A stretch of DNA of 60,446 bases from Candidatus Sericytochromatia bacterium (GCA_035285865.1 JAYKHS010000020.1:1-60446); one strand, 5' to 3'. Positions 24,239-34,251 are shown, counted from the stretch's first letter. Numbers and translations are program-made. Notes: generated by a model not told the origin, from the sequence alone.

Positions 24239-24796
24239 CTACAGGCTGCGACGTCCGCCATAGGTATCCGACGACTGACGCTCGATCCGGGTGAAGACCA
24301 GCACGTGTACCTCGCTGCTCCCCGCCTGCCTCAAGGCCTGGGTCGCGAGGTTGAGCGTGGTGCCGGAGCAGATGATGCCATCCACAAGCAGGACCTTGCG
24401 TCCCTTGACGGCATCGGGCGCCGTTACATGCAAGGAGCCTCGGACCGTCTCCTGCTCGGGATCCCCATATTCGGAAATCAGACCCTGACGGTTCAGGATG
24501 CCGACCGCCCGAGGGATGCCGGTCAACTGGCTGAGCCAATCCACCAGCAGGTGCGTCGGATCATAGTCGACGCTGAATCCGGTGGACGGCACGGGAACCA
24601 GCAAGTCGGGTTGGCGCAAGGAGGGCGTGTCCTTGAGCGCACTCTGTGCCCAGCGGGCCAAGGCGTCCACGAGGTACCACTGCTTGCGGTACTGGTAGCG
24701 GTAGATGGCCTCCCCCAGCAGGGTCCGACCGCCTTCGGGACGATTGTAGTGGTGGATGGCATATCCCAGATCCCAGCCGCCGGACAACGTGATCAT
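24239..24796 (-). CDS. ComF family / phosphoribosyltransferase-like protein
   Basis: LLVPVP and VLLVDGIICSGTTL (PRT-like loop). ATG 24796 follows GGAGG. Confidence 0.7.
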   Translation of the reverse strand: MITLSGGWDLGYAIHHYNRPEGGRTLLGEAIYRYQYRKQWYLVDALARWAQSALKDTPSLRQPDLLVPVPSTGFSVDYDPTHLLVDWLSQLTGIPRAVGILNRQGLISEYGDPEQETVRGSLHVTAPDAVKGRKVLLVDGIICSGTTLNLATQALRQAGSSEVHVLVFTRIERQSSDTYGGRRSL

Positions 24797-24901
24797 GGTT
24801 CCTCCAGGCTCGCGTGACGGGTGCTCTGGCCATCGCCTCGTCAGCATGGGGCGATGCGGTCCGGTACACCATGGTCCTCACGGACGGAAGAATTGCTGCC
24901 T

Positions 24902-26041
24902 TCAGGTGACGGACTGGCTCGTGAGGCGTCCGGGCGCGACCTCGCGGAGATCGGCTCTGGCCCGCCAGGAACCGTGCAACTCGGAAAGGTGCGTGCTGGT
25001 CACAAAGGTCTGGCCACCCTCACCGATGGCTTCGAGCAAAGCCTCCTGACGCATCGGATCCAGTTCGGCCAGGACATCGTCCAGCAGGAGCAGAGGAGGC
25101 TCCCCGACGGCTTCCTTCAGCAGGTCCCGTTCGGCGAGTTTGAGCGCCAGCACGATGGACCGGCGTTGACCCGTCGAGGCAAAGCCGGCCGCATCCCGAT
25201 CGTCGAGACGCGCCGACCAATCATCGCGGTGTGGACCAACCGTCGCGTGCCCACGCGCCAGTTCCTGCTGACGAGCCCGTCCCAAGGCCTCGAGCACGGA
25301 CGCGGCGAAGTCGGCTCCCTCCGCGGTCACGGACTCGTCGAGTCCGGGCACACCAGGCTTGTAGACGATGCCCAACTGTTCCCGTCCACCGGAAAGTACC
25401 TCCAGCCAGCGTGCGGCAAGCGGGGTCAACTTCCGGATCAGCGCAGCGCGCCGGCGCGCGACAGCAGCGGCAGCCAGGGCAAAAGGCTCGTCCCAGGCCT
25501 CGAGTTGGGAAGCCGTTGCCGTCCCGGCCTGAATGCGGCGAATCAGGGCATTGCGCTGCACCAGCAAGCGCGACCAACGAGCCTCCTCGTCGTGGAAGAG
25601 CGGTGCCATCTGACGCGCAAGACGGTCCAGCAACTGTCGACGACCAAGCGGGGCTCCCTGAATCAGATCGAGGTCTGTCCGGCTGAACAGCACGGCCGTG
25701 ACCTGTCCCAGCCAATCCACCATCCTTCGGCAGGGCACGCCGTCGATCTGGGCTGCACGACGACCCTGCGTCCGAAAACACAGATCTGCCCGAAGCGGAT
25801 GCCCACCGCGACGAACAACCGATCGGACGATGGCATCCTGCGCCCCGAAACGGACGACCTCGGCCTCCTTGCGGGCAAAGGGCGGCTGGGCCGTCGCAAG
25901 GGTGGCCACCGCCTCGAGCAGATTGGTCTTGCCCTGCGCATTACCCCCGAGCAAGATGACGCGCTCCGAGGCAAAGACGGCCTCGAGGCGTTCATGATTG
26001 CGCCAGTCCGCGAGTTCCAGCCGTTCGAGGAACAGCGTCAG
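24902..26041 (-). CDS. recF: DNA replication/repair protein RecF (probable CTG start)
   Basis: GGNAQGKTNLLEA, GPHRDD, STGQRR and LLLDDVLAELD motifs. The reading frame extends upstream as LFLERLELADWRNHE to CTG 26041, which overlaps the dnaN stop. Confidence 0.92.
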   Translation of the reverse strand: MTLFLERLELADWRNHERLEAVFASERVILLGGNAQGKTNLLEAVATLATAQPPFARKEAEVVRFGAQDAIVRSVVRRGGHPLRADLCFRTQGRRAAQIDGVPCRRMVDWLGQVTAVLFSRTDLDLIQGAPLGRRQLLDRLARQMAPLFHDEEARWSRLLVQRNALIRRIQAGTATASQLEAWDEPFALAAAAVARRRAALIRKLTPLAARWLEVLSGGREQLGIVYKPGVPGLDESVTAEGADFAASVLEALGRARQQELARGHATVGPHRDDWSARLDDRDAAGFASTGQRRSIVLALKLAERDLLKEAVGEPPLLLLDDVLAELDPMRQEALLEAIGEGGQTFVTSTHLSELHGSWRARADLREVAPGRLTSQSVT

Positions 26042-27156
26042 CTCCGGATGGGCATCACCAGGGCCGTCAACCGATCGTCGGCACCCTGGAACATGGTGGC
26101 CTCGACGGGCCCGTTGGTCTTGATGACCACGGTCTCGCCCTCGACACGCTCCAGAGCCTGCTGCAGGTACTGGGCGTTGAAAACGATGTCTTGGCTGTCG
26201 CCACGCAGTTCGGCATCGACGCGCTCTTCCGCCTCGCCACTTTCGGCGTTGCGCGCCTGCAGGATCAGGGCACCCTCGGTGAAGGTGACGCGCAAGGCGC
26301 GGCCATCACGCTCGGACGCCATCGTGCCCGTACGGTCGACGGCCTTGAGCAAGGACAGACGATCCACCATCGTCTCGTTGCGGAATTGGGCAGGGATGAC
26401 CTGACGATAGTTGGGGTACTGTCCCGAAATCCGCCGGGTCGTCAGTTTACGCCCTCCGCTGGTGAACACCATCTGCGTCCCGCCGACCAGGCCATCATCG
26501 CTGCGCGCGGCCTCGGCCACGAGGACATCGCCCTCGTCCTGACCGAGGAGACGCTCGAGTTCACTCATGGCCTTGGCGGGAATCGTCGCCGAGAAGACCT
26601 GGGATCCGACACCGCCATACCGCCAGGCTGCAAGTCGGTACCCATCGGTCGCGACCATCTCCAGCACCCCGTCGGCCATCGCGATGTGAACGCCGGAAAC
26701 GACCGACATGTCGTCACGGTTGGCTGCGGCATATACCGTGTTGTGGATGCCCTGCCGAAGCACCGAAGCCGGCAAGCGCACCTCTTGGGCGGCATCCGCC
26801 TGGGGAAGGCTGGGGAACTGGTCGGCCGATTCGGTCGCCAACGTGAACTTGGCCCGCTGGCACGTGACGAGGATGTTGCGATCCGACACGGTCAAGGTGA
26901 CTTCGGCATTGGGAAGCTTGCCCACGATGTCGGCCAGATTGCGGGCGGGGACGGTGATGCTGCCCCCCGTCGCGATGTCGGCGGCCATGTGCGTCTCGAT
27001 GCCGAGGTTCAGGTCGGTTCCCGACAAACGCAGGCCCTGACCATCGGAGGTCAGCAGCACATTGGCGAGGATGGGCATGGGTCCGCGTGCACTGATGGCC
27101 CGCTGCACGGACGAAAGGGCTCGGGCCAGTTCATCCTTCTGACAGGTGAAGCGCAT
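26038..27156 (-). CDS. dnaN: DNA polymerase III beta sliding clamp
   Basis: PILANVL, GTDL, VATDGYRL, GQYPNY, FNAQYL and LVMPIR motifs. SD GGAG precedes ATG 27156. Confidence 0.97.
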   Translation of the reverse strand: MRFTCQKDELARALSSVQRAISARGPMPILANVLLTSDGQGLRLSGTDLNLGIETHMAADIATGGSITVPARNLADIVGKLPNAEVTLTVSDRNILVTCQRAKFTLATESADQFPSLPQADAAQEVRLPASVLRQGIHNTVYAAANRDDMSVVSGVHIAMADGVLEMVATDGYRLAAWRYGGVGSQVFSATIPAKAMSELERLLGQDEGDVLVAEAARSDDGLVGGTQMVFTSGGRKLTTRRISGQYPNYRQVIPAQFRNETMVDRLSLLKAVDRTGTMASERDGRALRVTFTEGALILQARNAESGEAEERVDAELRGDSQDIVFNAQYLQQALERVEGETVVIKTNGPVEATMFQGADDRLTALVMPIRS

Positions 27157-27239
27157 CTCGGAATCTCCCATCCGTATTCGGGGATGGGCCATTGTACCAG
27201 TCCTCTCCGGACGAACATTCCTGTGCATGACGGTCCTGT

Positions 27240-27960
27240 GAGAACCGGAATTCATGAAATTTAATTAATAAATACCGTCGTAGTAGGGGGAGTGGATTTG
27301 AGGGAGAACCCCTTCCAAGCCTTGTCACGACTGTTCTTTCGGGGAGGGGACAAAGGAGGGGCGATCGGGCGTCTTGTGCACCGTGTCGGTTGTCCCTGTC
27401 GTCATGCCCTCCCGATTGACTCCTTCTTCCCCTCCCGAAGGGCGGTTCATGCCCGGAAAATTCACTCCCGCGAACGATGGCCTGATCATTTCTGTGCACA
27501 AAGGCCGGTCTCAGGATTTTCAACCATCGGTGGAAAGTCGGCGGAAAAGGCTTCCCTGCTTGTGATCCGAGTCACCGGACCGGTGCATGGCGCGTGTCCG
27601 GAGACTGCGGAACCCACTCCTGAGTTCACTCCGATGGATGGTTTATCCCATAGGGGCACTCATCCGGAGTGGTGAGGATACATCTTGTTACATCGCTGAC
27701 TTTCCCCAGAATTTCACACTGTTTTCCTCTCCTTCATCCACATGATTCCAGGAGCTGACAGAAGCTCGAGCCGCCGTCGAGTGGTGGAAAAAGCGAAGGT
27801 TATCCACAGTGGCGTGAAAGTGCCGTTCCTGGTCAGGCCACGTACGAAATCGGCTGAAACCCAGGCGGCTATTGAGCTTGAACAGGGTTGTCAAAAACGT
27901 GTTCAGGGGCTGTGGATATTTGGCGTCCACTTATCCACTCCGGCCCTGGCGTTTTCCACC
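27240..27960. other. Chromosomal replication origin oriC (dnaA-dnaN intergenic)
   Basis: Perfect DnaA box TTATCCACA at 27800-08. Near-consensus boxes at 27734-42, 27783-91, 27911-19, 27931-39, 27952-60 and 27493-501. AT-rich tract at about 27249-27274. Gene orientation flips around this locus. Confidence 0.9.
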
Positions 27961-27986
27961 GGCAAAGGCCAAGTGGCGTCACCAGG

Positions 27987-29306
27987 CTAGTTCAGGCCTG
28001 AAGCGACGCGTCCGCGCAGGTAGGTGATCTGGGCAGCAAGCTGGGGATCCGCTTCGAGCTGCTTCTGTATGGTTTTGACGCCATGCATGATCGAGGTGTG
28101 ATCCCGACGGAAAAAACGACCGATGAGGTGGAAGCTGGAACCGGTCATGTCGCGACAGAGGTAGCAAGCGATGAACCGCGGCCGCGTGATGTCCTGGCTG
28201 CGTCGTTCGGAGATCAGTTCCTCTACGGTGACATCATAGGTCTTGGCGACGATGGCCGTGATGCGTTCGATGGTGATGGGCTGGATGTGCTGGGTGCCGA
28301 GCGCCTTGTGGGCGAGTTCGAGCGTCGGTGGTACCCGGTCCATCTCCGAATAGGCGATGACACGCATGAAGGCGCCTTCGAGGGCACGCACGCTGTCGTG
28401 GAAGGTGCCGGCCACGAAGTCGAGGACGTCTTCGGGCACGACATGACCGCCCTCATCCGCTTTTTTCCGAAGAATGGCGATTCGGGTGTCCAGATCGGGC
28501 GCCTGAATGTCGGTCAGCAGGCCTGACTCGAAACGGCTGCGCAGGCGATCCTCGATTTCGGGGAGCTGCTTCGGCGGCTTGTCCGAGGTGATGACGATCT
28601 GCTTGTTGGCCATGTGCAGCTCGTTGAAGGTGTGGAAGAACTCTTCCTGAGTGGCCTGGGTACGCTCGATGAACTGGATGTCGTCGATGAGCAGCACGTC
28701 CGTCTCGCGGTAACGCCGCCGCAACTCGCGCATCCGATCTTCACGAATGCCGTCGATCACTTCGTTCGTGAAAGTTTCGCTCTTGACGTAGCAGACCTTG
28801 GCTCGGGGATTGGCCGCGAGCACCCTCTGGCCGATGGCATGCATCAGGTGGGTCTTGCCCATGCCCGTGCTGCCGTAGATGAAGAGCGGGTTGTAGGCCA
28901 AGCCGGGTTTGTCGGACACCGCCAGGGCCGCGGCATGGGCAAAGCGATTGTGGGCGCCGATGACGAAGCTGTCGAAGGTGAAGCGCGGACTCAGGCCCAC
29001 GACGCCCGGTTGTGCCTGAACGACCTGGATCGTGGGGGCCGCGGCAGGAACGGATGCTGGTCCGATGTTGTTGACGCGGAAGCGGACCTGGTAACGGACG
29101 CCGTCCGAAGCCTCGTAGATGGATTCCTCGATGATCGGGCGATCGTTGGTCTGTTTGTCGGCAGAGTAGAATCCGGGAACTTCCAGCGTGAACTGATCAT
29201 CGACGACATCGATGCCCTTGCAGAACTGGAAGGTGGAGTTGTAGCGCCCCGGCATCCTCATCTGGAGGAGCGGCAGCGTCTTGGTCCAGAGCTCGTCAGC
29301 CTGCAT
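27987..29306 (-). CDS. dnaA: Chromosomal replication initiator DnaA
   Basis: FTFDSFVIG, YNPLFIYGSTGMGKTHL, LLIDDIQF, QEEFFHTFN, RLRSRF and RDHTSI motifs. Alternative start ATG 29363. Confidence 0.98.
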   Translation of the reverse strand: MQADELWTKTLPLLQMRMPGRYNSTFQFCKGIDVVDDQFTLEVPGFYSADKQTNDRPIIEESIYEASDGVRYQVRFRVNNIGPASVPAAAPTIQVVQAQPGVVGLSPRFTFDSFVIGAHNRFAHAAALAVSDKPGLAYNPLFIYGSTGMGKTHLMHAIGQRVLAANPRAKVCYVKSETFTNEVIDGIREDRMRELRRRYRETDVLLIDDIQFIERTQATQEEFFHTFNELHMANKQIVITSDKPPKQLPEIEDRLRSRFESGLLTDIQAPDLDTRIAILRKKADEGGHVVPEDVLDFVAGTFHDSVRALEGAFMRVIAYSEMDRVPPTLELAHKALGTQHIQPITIERITAIVAKTYDVTVEELISERRSQDITRPRFIACYLCRDMTGSSFHLIGRFFRRDHTSIMHGVKTIQKQLEADPQLAAQITYLRGRVASGLN

Positions 29307-29540
29307 GCGGTCGGGATGGTTGAGGGGTGGAATGGGATTGAGGGTGAGCCGGTCCGTCGGCATCCGCGCAGCTCGGAGATCCGGTCCGCGCTTGCCCGGG
29401 CCGATCTCCGGCGGGTGAAGCCGATGGTAACTCCGCATCGGAGAGCCTGCCAGATCCCTTTAGGGCCCGGATGCCCTGAAAAGGGTTCCCTGATCGGCCA
29501 AGCAAGCCCGGCATGAACCATTTCAGAGTTTCTCCGGACG

Positions 29541-29549
29541 TGTGGAGAA
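29541..29549 (-). promoter_or_regulatory. DnaA box in the dnaA/rpmH promoter region (autoregulation)
   Basis: TGTGGAGAA reads TTCTCCACA on the minus strand, one mismatch from TTATCCACA. Confidence 0.55.
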
Positions 29550-29656
29550 GGCGCTTCGGCCCTTGTCCGGATGCGACAGGCGTGCTACCGTGACTCCTGA
29601 TTGTGCTTGGGTCGCGTTTTGCGCTGGCCCGTTTTCTCCCCCGAAGGAAGTTCGAC

Positions 29657-29800
29657 ATGCTCGCCCTTACGTTCCAGCATGGTGGCAAGAAGCGGAAGCG
29701 TGCCCGCACCCACGGTTTCCTGGTGCGCATGAGCACCAAGAATGGCCGCCGGGTCGTCAAGGCCCGCCGCGCCAAGGGTCGCCATCGCCTCGCAGGCTAG
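29657..29800 (+). CDS. rpmH: 50S ribosomal protein L34
   Basis: [39 protein letters not shown]. Confidence 0.97.
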   Translation: MLALTFQHGGKKRKRARTHGFLVRMSTKNGRRVVKARRAKGRHRLAG

Positions 29801-30186
29801 TGCTGCCGCGGACCCTGAGTCTCAGGGGCGGTCGCGATTTCGAGGCAGTGTATGCCTCGGGTCGTCGATCGTCCCTTTCTCTTTTGGGTTGCCATGTCCT
29901 CCTTGTTCCGGACGCTGAGGCTCGGCCTTCCCGATTCGGTTTCGTGACCAGCCGCAAGGTAGGCAAGGCTCATGTCCGCAATCTGGTGCGCCGCCGCTTG
30001 AGAGCAGCGGTGGCCGCCCTCAAGGAGGACGTGCGCCCGGGGGCGATGGTCGTTTTCGTTGCCCGGTCGGCCGCGGCGCAAGCCACGCACGCCGAACTGG
30101 CCACGGCCGTCGGCAAGCTGCTGGTCCGTGCGGGCCTGCTTCCGTCGACGCCTGCGGATGCTCCCGGTAACATGGGAGGCGCGTGA
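29800..30186 (+). CDS. rnpA: Ribonuclease P protein component
   Basis: [24 protein letters not shown] (RNR motif). GTG overlaps the rpmH stop. Confidence 0.95.
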   Translation: MLPRTLSLRGGRDFEAVYASGRRSSLSLLGCHVLLVPDAEARPSRFGFVTSRKVGKAHVRNLVRRRLRAAVAALKEDVRPGAMVVFVARSAAAQATHAELATAVGKLLVRAGLLPSTPADAPGNMGGA

Positions 30187-30410
30187 ATCCTGATTCTCGG
30201 GTCGAACGGTGGGTCCTTGGCCTGCTCAGGGGTTACAAGCTCCTGGTCTCCCCTTGGCTCCCCCCCGCCTGCCGATTCTGGCCCACGTGTTCCGAGTATG
30301 CCCATGAAGCCGTGGTCCGCCATGGCGTTCGCAAGGGCATCGTGCTCGGGGCGAGGCGCCTCGCGCGCTGCCACCCCTGGGGGCCCCACGGCCCCGATCC
30401 CGTTCCTTGA
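30183..30410 (+). CDS. yidD: Membrane protein insertion efficiency factor
   Basis: [11 protein letters not shown] and [14 protein letters not shown] motifs. Confidence 0.96.
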   Translation: MNPDSRVERWVLGLLRGYKLLVSPWLPPACRFWPTCSEYAHEAVVRHGVRKGIVLGARRLARCHPWGPHGPDPVP

Positions 30411-30434
30411 TCCTTCCTTTCAGGTCCCAGAACC

Positions 30435-31256
30435 GTGAATCCCATCGATGCGCTGATCCAGAGCGTGATGATCCCCATCATCAGGTTCTTCCATGATTCC
30501 TTGCCTTGGCACAATTACGGGCTTGCCATCGTCTGCCTGACGGTCCTCGTGAAGACCCTGCTCTTCCCGCTGAACGTCAAGCAGTTTTCGAGCATGCGCA
30601 TCATGCAGCGGCTGCAGCCCAAGCTGCGCGAGCTCCAGGAGGCGCACAAGGACGATCCGGCCGCGATGCAGGCCAAGATGATGGAGCTCTACAAGGAACA
30701 CAACACCACCCCGCTTTCGGGTTGCCTGCCGGTGCTCTTCCAGTTGCCCGTGCTCTTCGCGCTCTACGGGTCCTTGAATGACAAGAACCTGATTGCCAGC
30801 ATCAAGGCCGCCGCAGATTCCGAGAACGGTTTCCTGTTCATCCGCGATCTGCTTGCCGTCGGCATCAAGACCGGCGCGACCTTCCACTGGGACAACATCG
30901 CGCTCATTGCGATCTTCGCTTTCACCAGCTGGATGACGCAGAAGATGATGATGACCAACCCCAACGATCCGTTCCAGCGGCAGATGCTGTTCATGTCGCC
31001 GCTGATGGCGCCGCTTTTCGGTTATCTGATGCCGTCCGGTGTCTTGCTCTACATCGTCGTCTCCGGCTTGGTCACCATCGTGCAGTACACCTATCTGCTC
31101 AAGCGTTTCCCGCCTGATCCCTCCCTCGCGACCCAGACCACCTTCGGTCAGGGCTTCGGCGGGCCGCGGCCTGCCGCGCCCGGCGTCGTGGATGTCAAGG
31201 CCGAGCCTTCCCCCGGTCCCAATCGGGCCCAGCGTCGCCACGGAGGTGCCTCATGA
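30435..31256 (+). CDS. yidC: Membrane protein insertase YidC (short form, no large periplasmic domain)
   Basis: YGLAIVCLT, LLFPL, MQRLQPKL, GCLPVLFQLP and PSGVLLY motifs. Confidence 0.95.
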   Translation: MNPIDALIQSVMIPIIRFFHDSLPWHNYGLAIVCLTVLVKTLLFPLNVKQFSSMRIMQRLQPKLRELQEAHKDDPAAMQAKMMELYKEHNTTPLSGCLPVLFQLPVLFALYGSLNDKNLIASIKAAADSENGFLFIRDLLAVGIKTGATFHWDNIALIAIFAFTSWMTQKMMMTNPNDPFQRQMLFMSPLMAPLFGYLMPSGVLLYIVVSGLVTIVQYTYLLKRFPPDPSLATQTTFGQGFGGPRPAAPGVVDVKAEPSPGPNRAQRRHGGAS

Positions 31257-31855
31257 CCCTTTCAGCCATTCCGGCTGCCCTCGCCAACGCCCAGGACTGG
31301 CTGGTGCAGACGCTCAGGGCCATGGGTTTCGATCTTGCGGTGACGGCCTCGATGACGGATGAGGGTCCCCTCCTCCACATTGTTGAACATCCTGATTCGG
31401 CGGTGCTCATCGGTTCTCGCGGCCAGACGCTCGATGCCTTCCAGGTTCTGGCCAACACCATGTTTCCGATGGATGAGGGCGAGCGCATCCGGGTGGATTG
31501 CGGCGATTACCGTGCACGGCAGCTTGCGCGCTTGGTCGAGCAGGTTGCTGCGGCCGCTCAGGAGGCCCTTGAGCGTCAGGAGGGTGTGTGTCTTCCCCCG
31601 ATGCACGCTGCGGATCGCAAGAAGGTGCACGATCTGGCCAAGGAGCATGCCGGCGTGGGTACCCTATCGGTCGGCGAGGAGCCCGCGCGTGCCGTCGTCA
31701 TCAGTCCGCTGGACGCCGATGGTCGGCCAATGCCCTACACGGGACCTTTGCCGCAGCTGCCCCAGCGGGGTCGTGGTGGCCGGGATGGCCGCGGCGGTCC
31801 GGGCGGTCGCGATCGGGACCGCGGGCGGCGTGGCGGGGGCCGCGACCGCGGCTGA
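31253..31855 (+). CDS. jag: Jag/KhpB/EloR-like RNA-binding protein (KH + R3H) with RG-rich tail
   Basis: LIGSRGQTLDAFQ (KH), RKKVH (R3H) and SVGEEPAR motifs; conserved position after yidC. Confidence 0.88.
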   Translation: MTLSAIPAALANAQDWLVQTLRAMGFDLAVTASMTDEGPLLHIVEHPDSAVLIGSRGQTLDAFQVLANTMFPMDEGERIRVDCGDYRARQLARLVEQVAAAAQEALERQEGVCLPPMHAADRKKVHDLAKEHAGVGTLSVGEEPARAVVISPLDADGRPMPYTGPLPQLPQRGRGGRDGRGGPGGRDRDRGRRGGGRDRG

Positions 31856-31864
31856 CGCACCCTC

Positions 31865-33211
31865 ATGCCCGATACCATCGCGGCACGGGTGACGCCCCCC
31901 GGCCAGGGAGGCGTCGGCATCGTCCGGATCTCCGGTCCTGATGCGTGGGCCATCGCGCAGCAGGTCTTCCGGGCCAGGGGTCCGGGCCTCGATCGTGGCA
32001 TGCGTGGCATGGCGCTGGGCGTCCTGTTGGCTGCCGGCGACGGCAAGGTCGTGGACGAGGTGCTGGCCCTCTGGTTTCCGGCGCCCCACAGCTACACCAC
32101 CGAAGACGTTCTCGAGATTCAGGGCCACGGCGGGGTCGCGGTGCAGGGCCGGGTTCTCGAATCCATCCTGACGGCCGGGGCCAGGGCGGCGAGTCCGGGT
32201 GAGTTCACCCGGCGTGCCTTTCTGGGTGGTCGCCTTGACCTGATGCAGGCCGAGGCCGTCCATGACTTGATCACGGCTCCCGGGGCACGGGCGCTCGAGG
32301 CTGCGCTCCGACAGATGGATGGTGCCCTGTCGCGTGTGGTGGCCCAGGCACGTGAGGCCTTGATGCATCAGGTGGCGGCGCTCGAGGGCATGCTCGATTT
32401 TCCGGACGAGGTCCCGGAGGCGACGCGCGTGGCGGAGGCGATCGCCGGTCTGCGCGGGAGTCTGGCAGGCCTGCTCGGGACGGCCGCAGCCGGAGCACGG
32501 GCGCGGGAAGGCGTGGACGTCGTCCTGCTCGGTCGTCCGAATGCCGGCAAGTCCTCGCTGCTCAATGCCCTGCTGGGAGAGGACCGGGCCTTGGTCGATG
32601 CGCGACCCGGTACGACGCGGGATCGGATCGATGCCACCGTCAGCCTTGGTGGTTATCCCGTACGCCTGATCGACACGGCCGGTCTTCGGCAGGCCCCGGA
32701 CGCGCTCGAGGCCCGCGGCATCGCGATGGCTCGGGAAACGGCCGTCCATGCACCGATGCGGCTCTGGGTCGTGAGCGTTGCGGAAGTCGGTTCGTGGCCC
32801 TGGGAAGAGCCGGACGCCCCGGCCTTCGTCTCGGGTCGCGACCTGGTGGTGCGTACGAAGGCGGACACCCTGCGTGAGGGCGAAGCATGGACCGGTCCAT
32901 GCGATGTCCTCGTCTCTGCCTTGGCTGGAACGGGCCTGGACGACCTGCGCGCGGCCGTCGTGCGCCTCATCGAGCCGCACGAGGAGCAGGTCGGCCATGG
33001 CCTCCTGGTCCACGCCCGCCATCGGGCCGTGCTCGAGCGTGCCGTCGCGGCCCTCGACGAGGCGGCCGGCCTTGTGGCCGATGGTTGGCCCGTCGACCTG
33101 GCGCTTGTTCCTCTCAAGCGTGCGGCGCGTGAGTTGGGAACGCTTACAGGCGTCGAATTCAACGAGGATCTGCTGGATCAGGTGTTTGGCAAGTTCTGCA
33201 TCGGCAAGTGA
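31865..33211 (+). CDS. mnmE: tRNA modification GTPase MnmE/TrmE
   Basis: [31 protein letters not shown] and C-terminal FCIGK. Confidence 0.97.
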   Translation: MPDTIAARVTPPGQGGVGIVRISGPDAWAIAQQVFRARGPGLDRGMRGMALGVLLAAGDGKVVDEVLALWFPAPHSYTTEDVLEIQGHGGVAVQGRVLESILTAGARAASPGEFTRRAFLGGRLDLMQAEAVHDLITAPGARALEAALRQMDGALSRVVAQAREALMHQVAALEGMLDFPDEVPEATRVAEAIAGLRGSLAGLLGTAAAGARAREGVDVVLLGRPNAGKSSLLNALLGEDRALVDARPGTTRDRIDATVSLGGYPVRLIDTAGLRQAPDALEARGIAMARETAVHAPMRLWVVSVAEVGSWPWEEPDAPAFVSGRDLVVRTKADTLREGEAWTGPCDVLVSALAGTGLDDLRAAVVRLIEPHEEQVGHGLLVHARHRAVLERAVAALDEAAGLVADGWPVDLALVPLKRAARELGTLTGVEFNEDLLDQVFGKFCIGK

Positions 33212-33476
33212 ATGGTGCAGCCGTCACAACCGTTGCCATCCGGTTAATTCGGCGTGATTCAAGCCACAACGGAGTACCCTCCATGGAGGTATCCTCCGGG
33301 TGTCATCCCTCGGATGGCATGTCCTGACAATCGATGTCCCACCGTACCGCGGGCAAGCGGACCTTCACGAAACGCAAGTTCGTGAACCGCGCCTGACGCG
33401 TGCCGCTCCTGCTAGGATCGGCTTCGGTGGGCTGGCTGGGGCTGGGTCTCGTGGACCCGGACTGCGGAGGTTCGGC

Positions 33477-34238
33477 GTGGAGAAGACCCGCAAGTGGGCC
33501 AAGACCTCGGAAGAGAGGGAAGCCCTTGTGCTGGAATACCTGCCGCTGGTCCGCAAGATTGGCCGCGGTCTTGCACGACGCAGCACGGATCCCATCGAGG
33601 ACCTGATTCAGGTCGGCTCGATCGGCCTGCTCGAGGCCATCGACCGCTATGAGTACGGCCACAACACGGAGTTCAAGACGTTTGCCGTCCACTACATCAC
33701 GGGTCACATCCGCCACTACCTGCGGGATCGCCAGAGCCTGATGCGCGGCCCCCGCGCCCTTCAGGAGCTCTCTTACCGCCTATCGCAGGTCACCATGGCC
33801 CTGTCCCATCAACTCGGTCGTGATCCCACCGACGCCGAACTGGCCGCGCAGTTGGACATTCCCGTCAAGCAGATCGATGAGGTCAAGCAGTACGACAACC
33901 GAGTTTCCGTGTACTGGTTGGATCAGGAAACCCGTTCGGACGAGGATGATTCCCGCAGCCTCCTCGAGACGTTGCAGGATCCTCGGACGCACCGCGTCAC
34001 GCAGGACGATCAGGACGAGAAGCTGACGCTGCGGGATGCCATCGCGCTGCTCTCGCGTCAGCAGCAGGAACTGCTCGAGATGCGCTATTTTCACGACATG
34101 ACCCAGGCCGAGGTTGCCCGACGCCTGGGCGTGAGTCAGATGGAGATCTGCCGACGCCTCAAGCGCGCCATCAAGCAGCTTCACACCATCATGCAGGTCA
34201 GCCCTGCCGGACAGGCGGGCCTCGCCGACCTGCGCTGA
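33477..34238 (+). CDS. SigB/SigF/SigG-family RNA polymerase sigma factor
   Basis: DLIQVGSIGLLEAIDRY, FKTFAVHYITGHIRHYLRD and MTQAEVARRLGVSQM motifs. SD GGAGG at 33466-70 precedes GTG. Confidence 0.9.
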   Translation: MEKTRKWAKTSEEREALVLEYLPLVRKIGRGLARRSTDPIEDLIQVGSIGLLEAIDRYEYGHNTEFKTFAVHYITGHIRHYLRDRQSLMRGPRALQELSYRLSQVTMALSHQLGRDPTDAELAAQLDIPVKQIDEVKQYDNRVSVYWLDQETRSDEDDSRSLLETLQDPRTHRVTQDDQDEKLTLRDAIALLSRQQQELLEMRYFHDMTQAEVARRLGVSQMEICRRLKRAIKQLHTIMQVSPAGQAGLADLR

Positions 34239-34251
34239 GGCGTCGTCGGGC

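Noticed and set aside
31766..31855. RG/RGG-rich tail of Jag
   Set aside because: Low-complexity tails are common on RNA-binding proteins; not distinctive on its own.
33340..33400. Possible c-di-GMP-I riboswitch (GGGCAA...GAAA...CGCAAG)
   Set aside because: Spacing and second stem do not match the consensus as I recall it; kept only as a generic structured leader.
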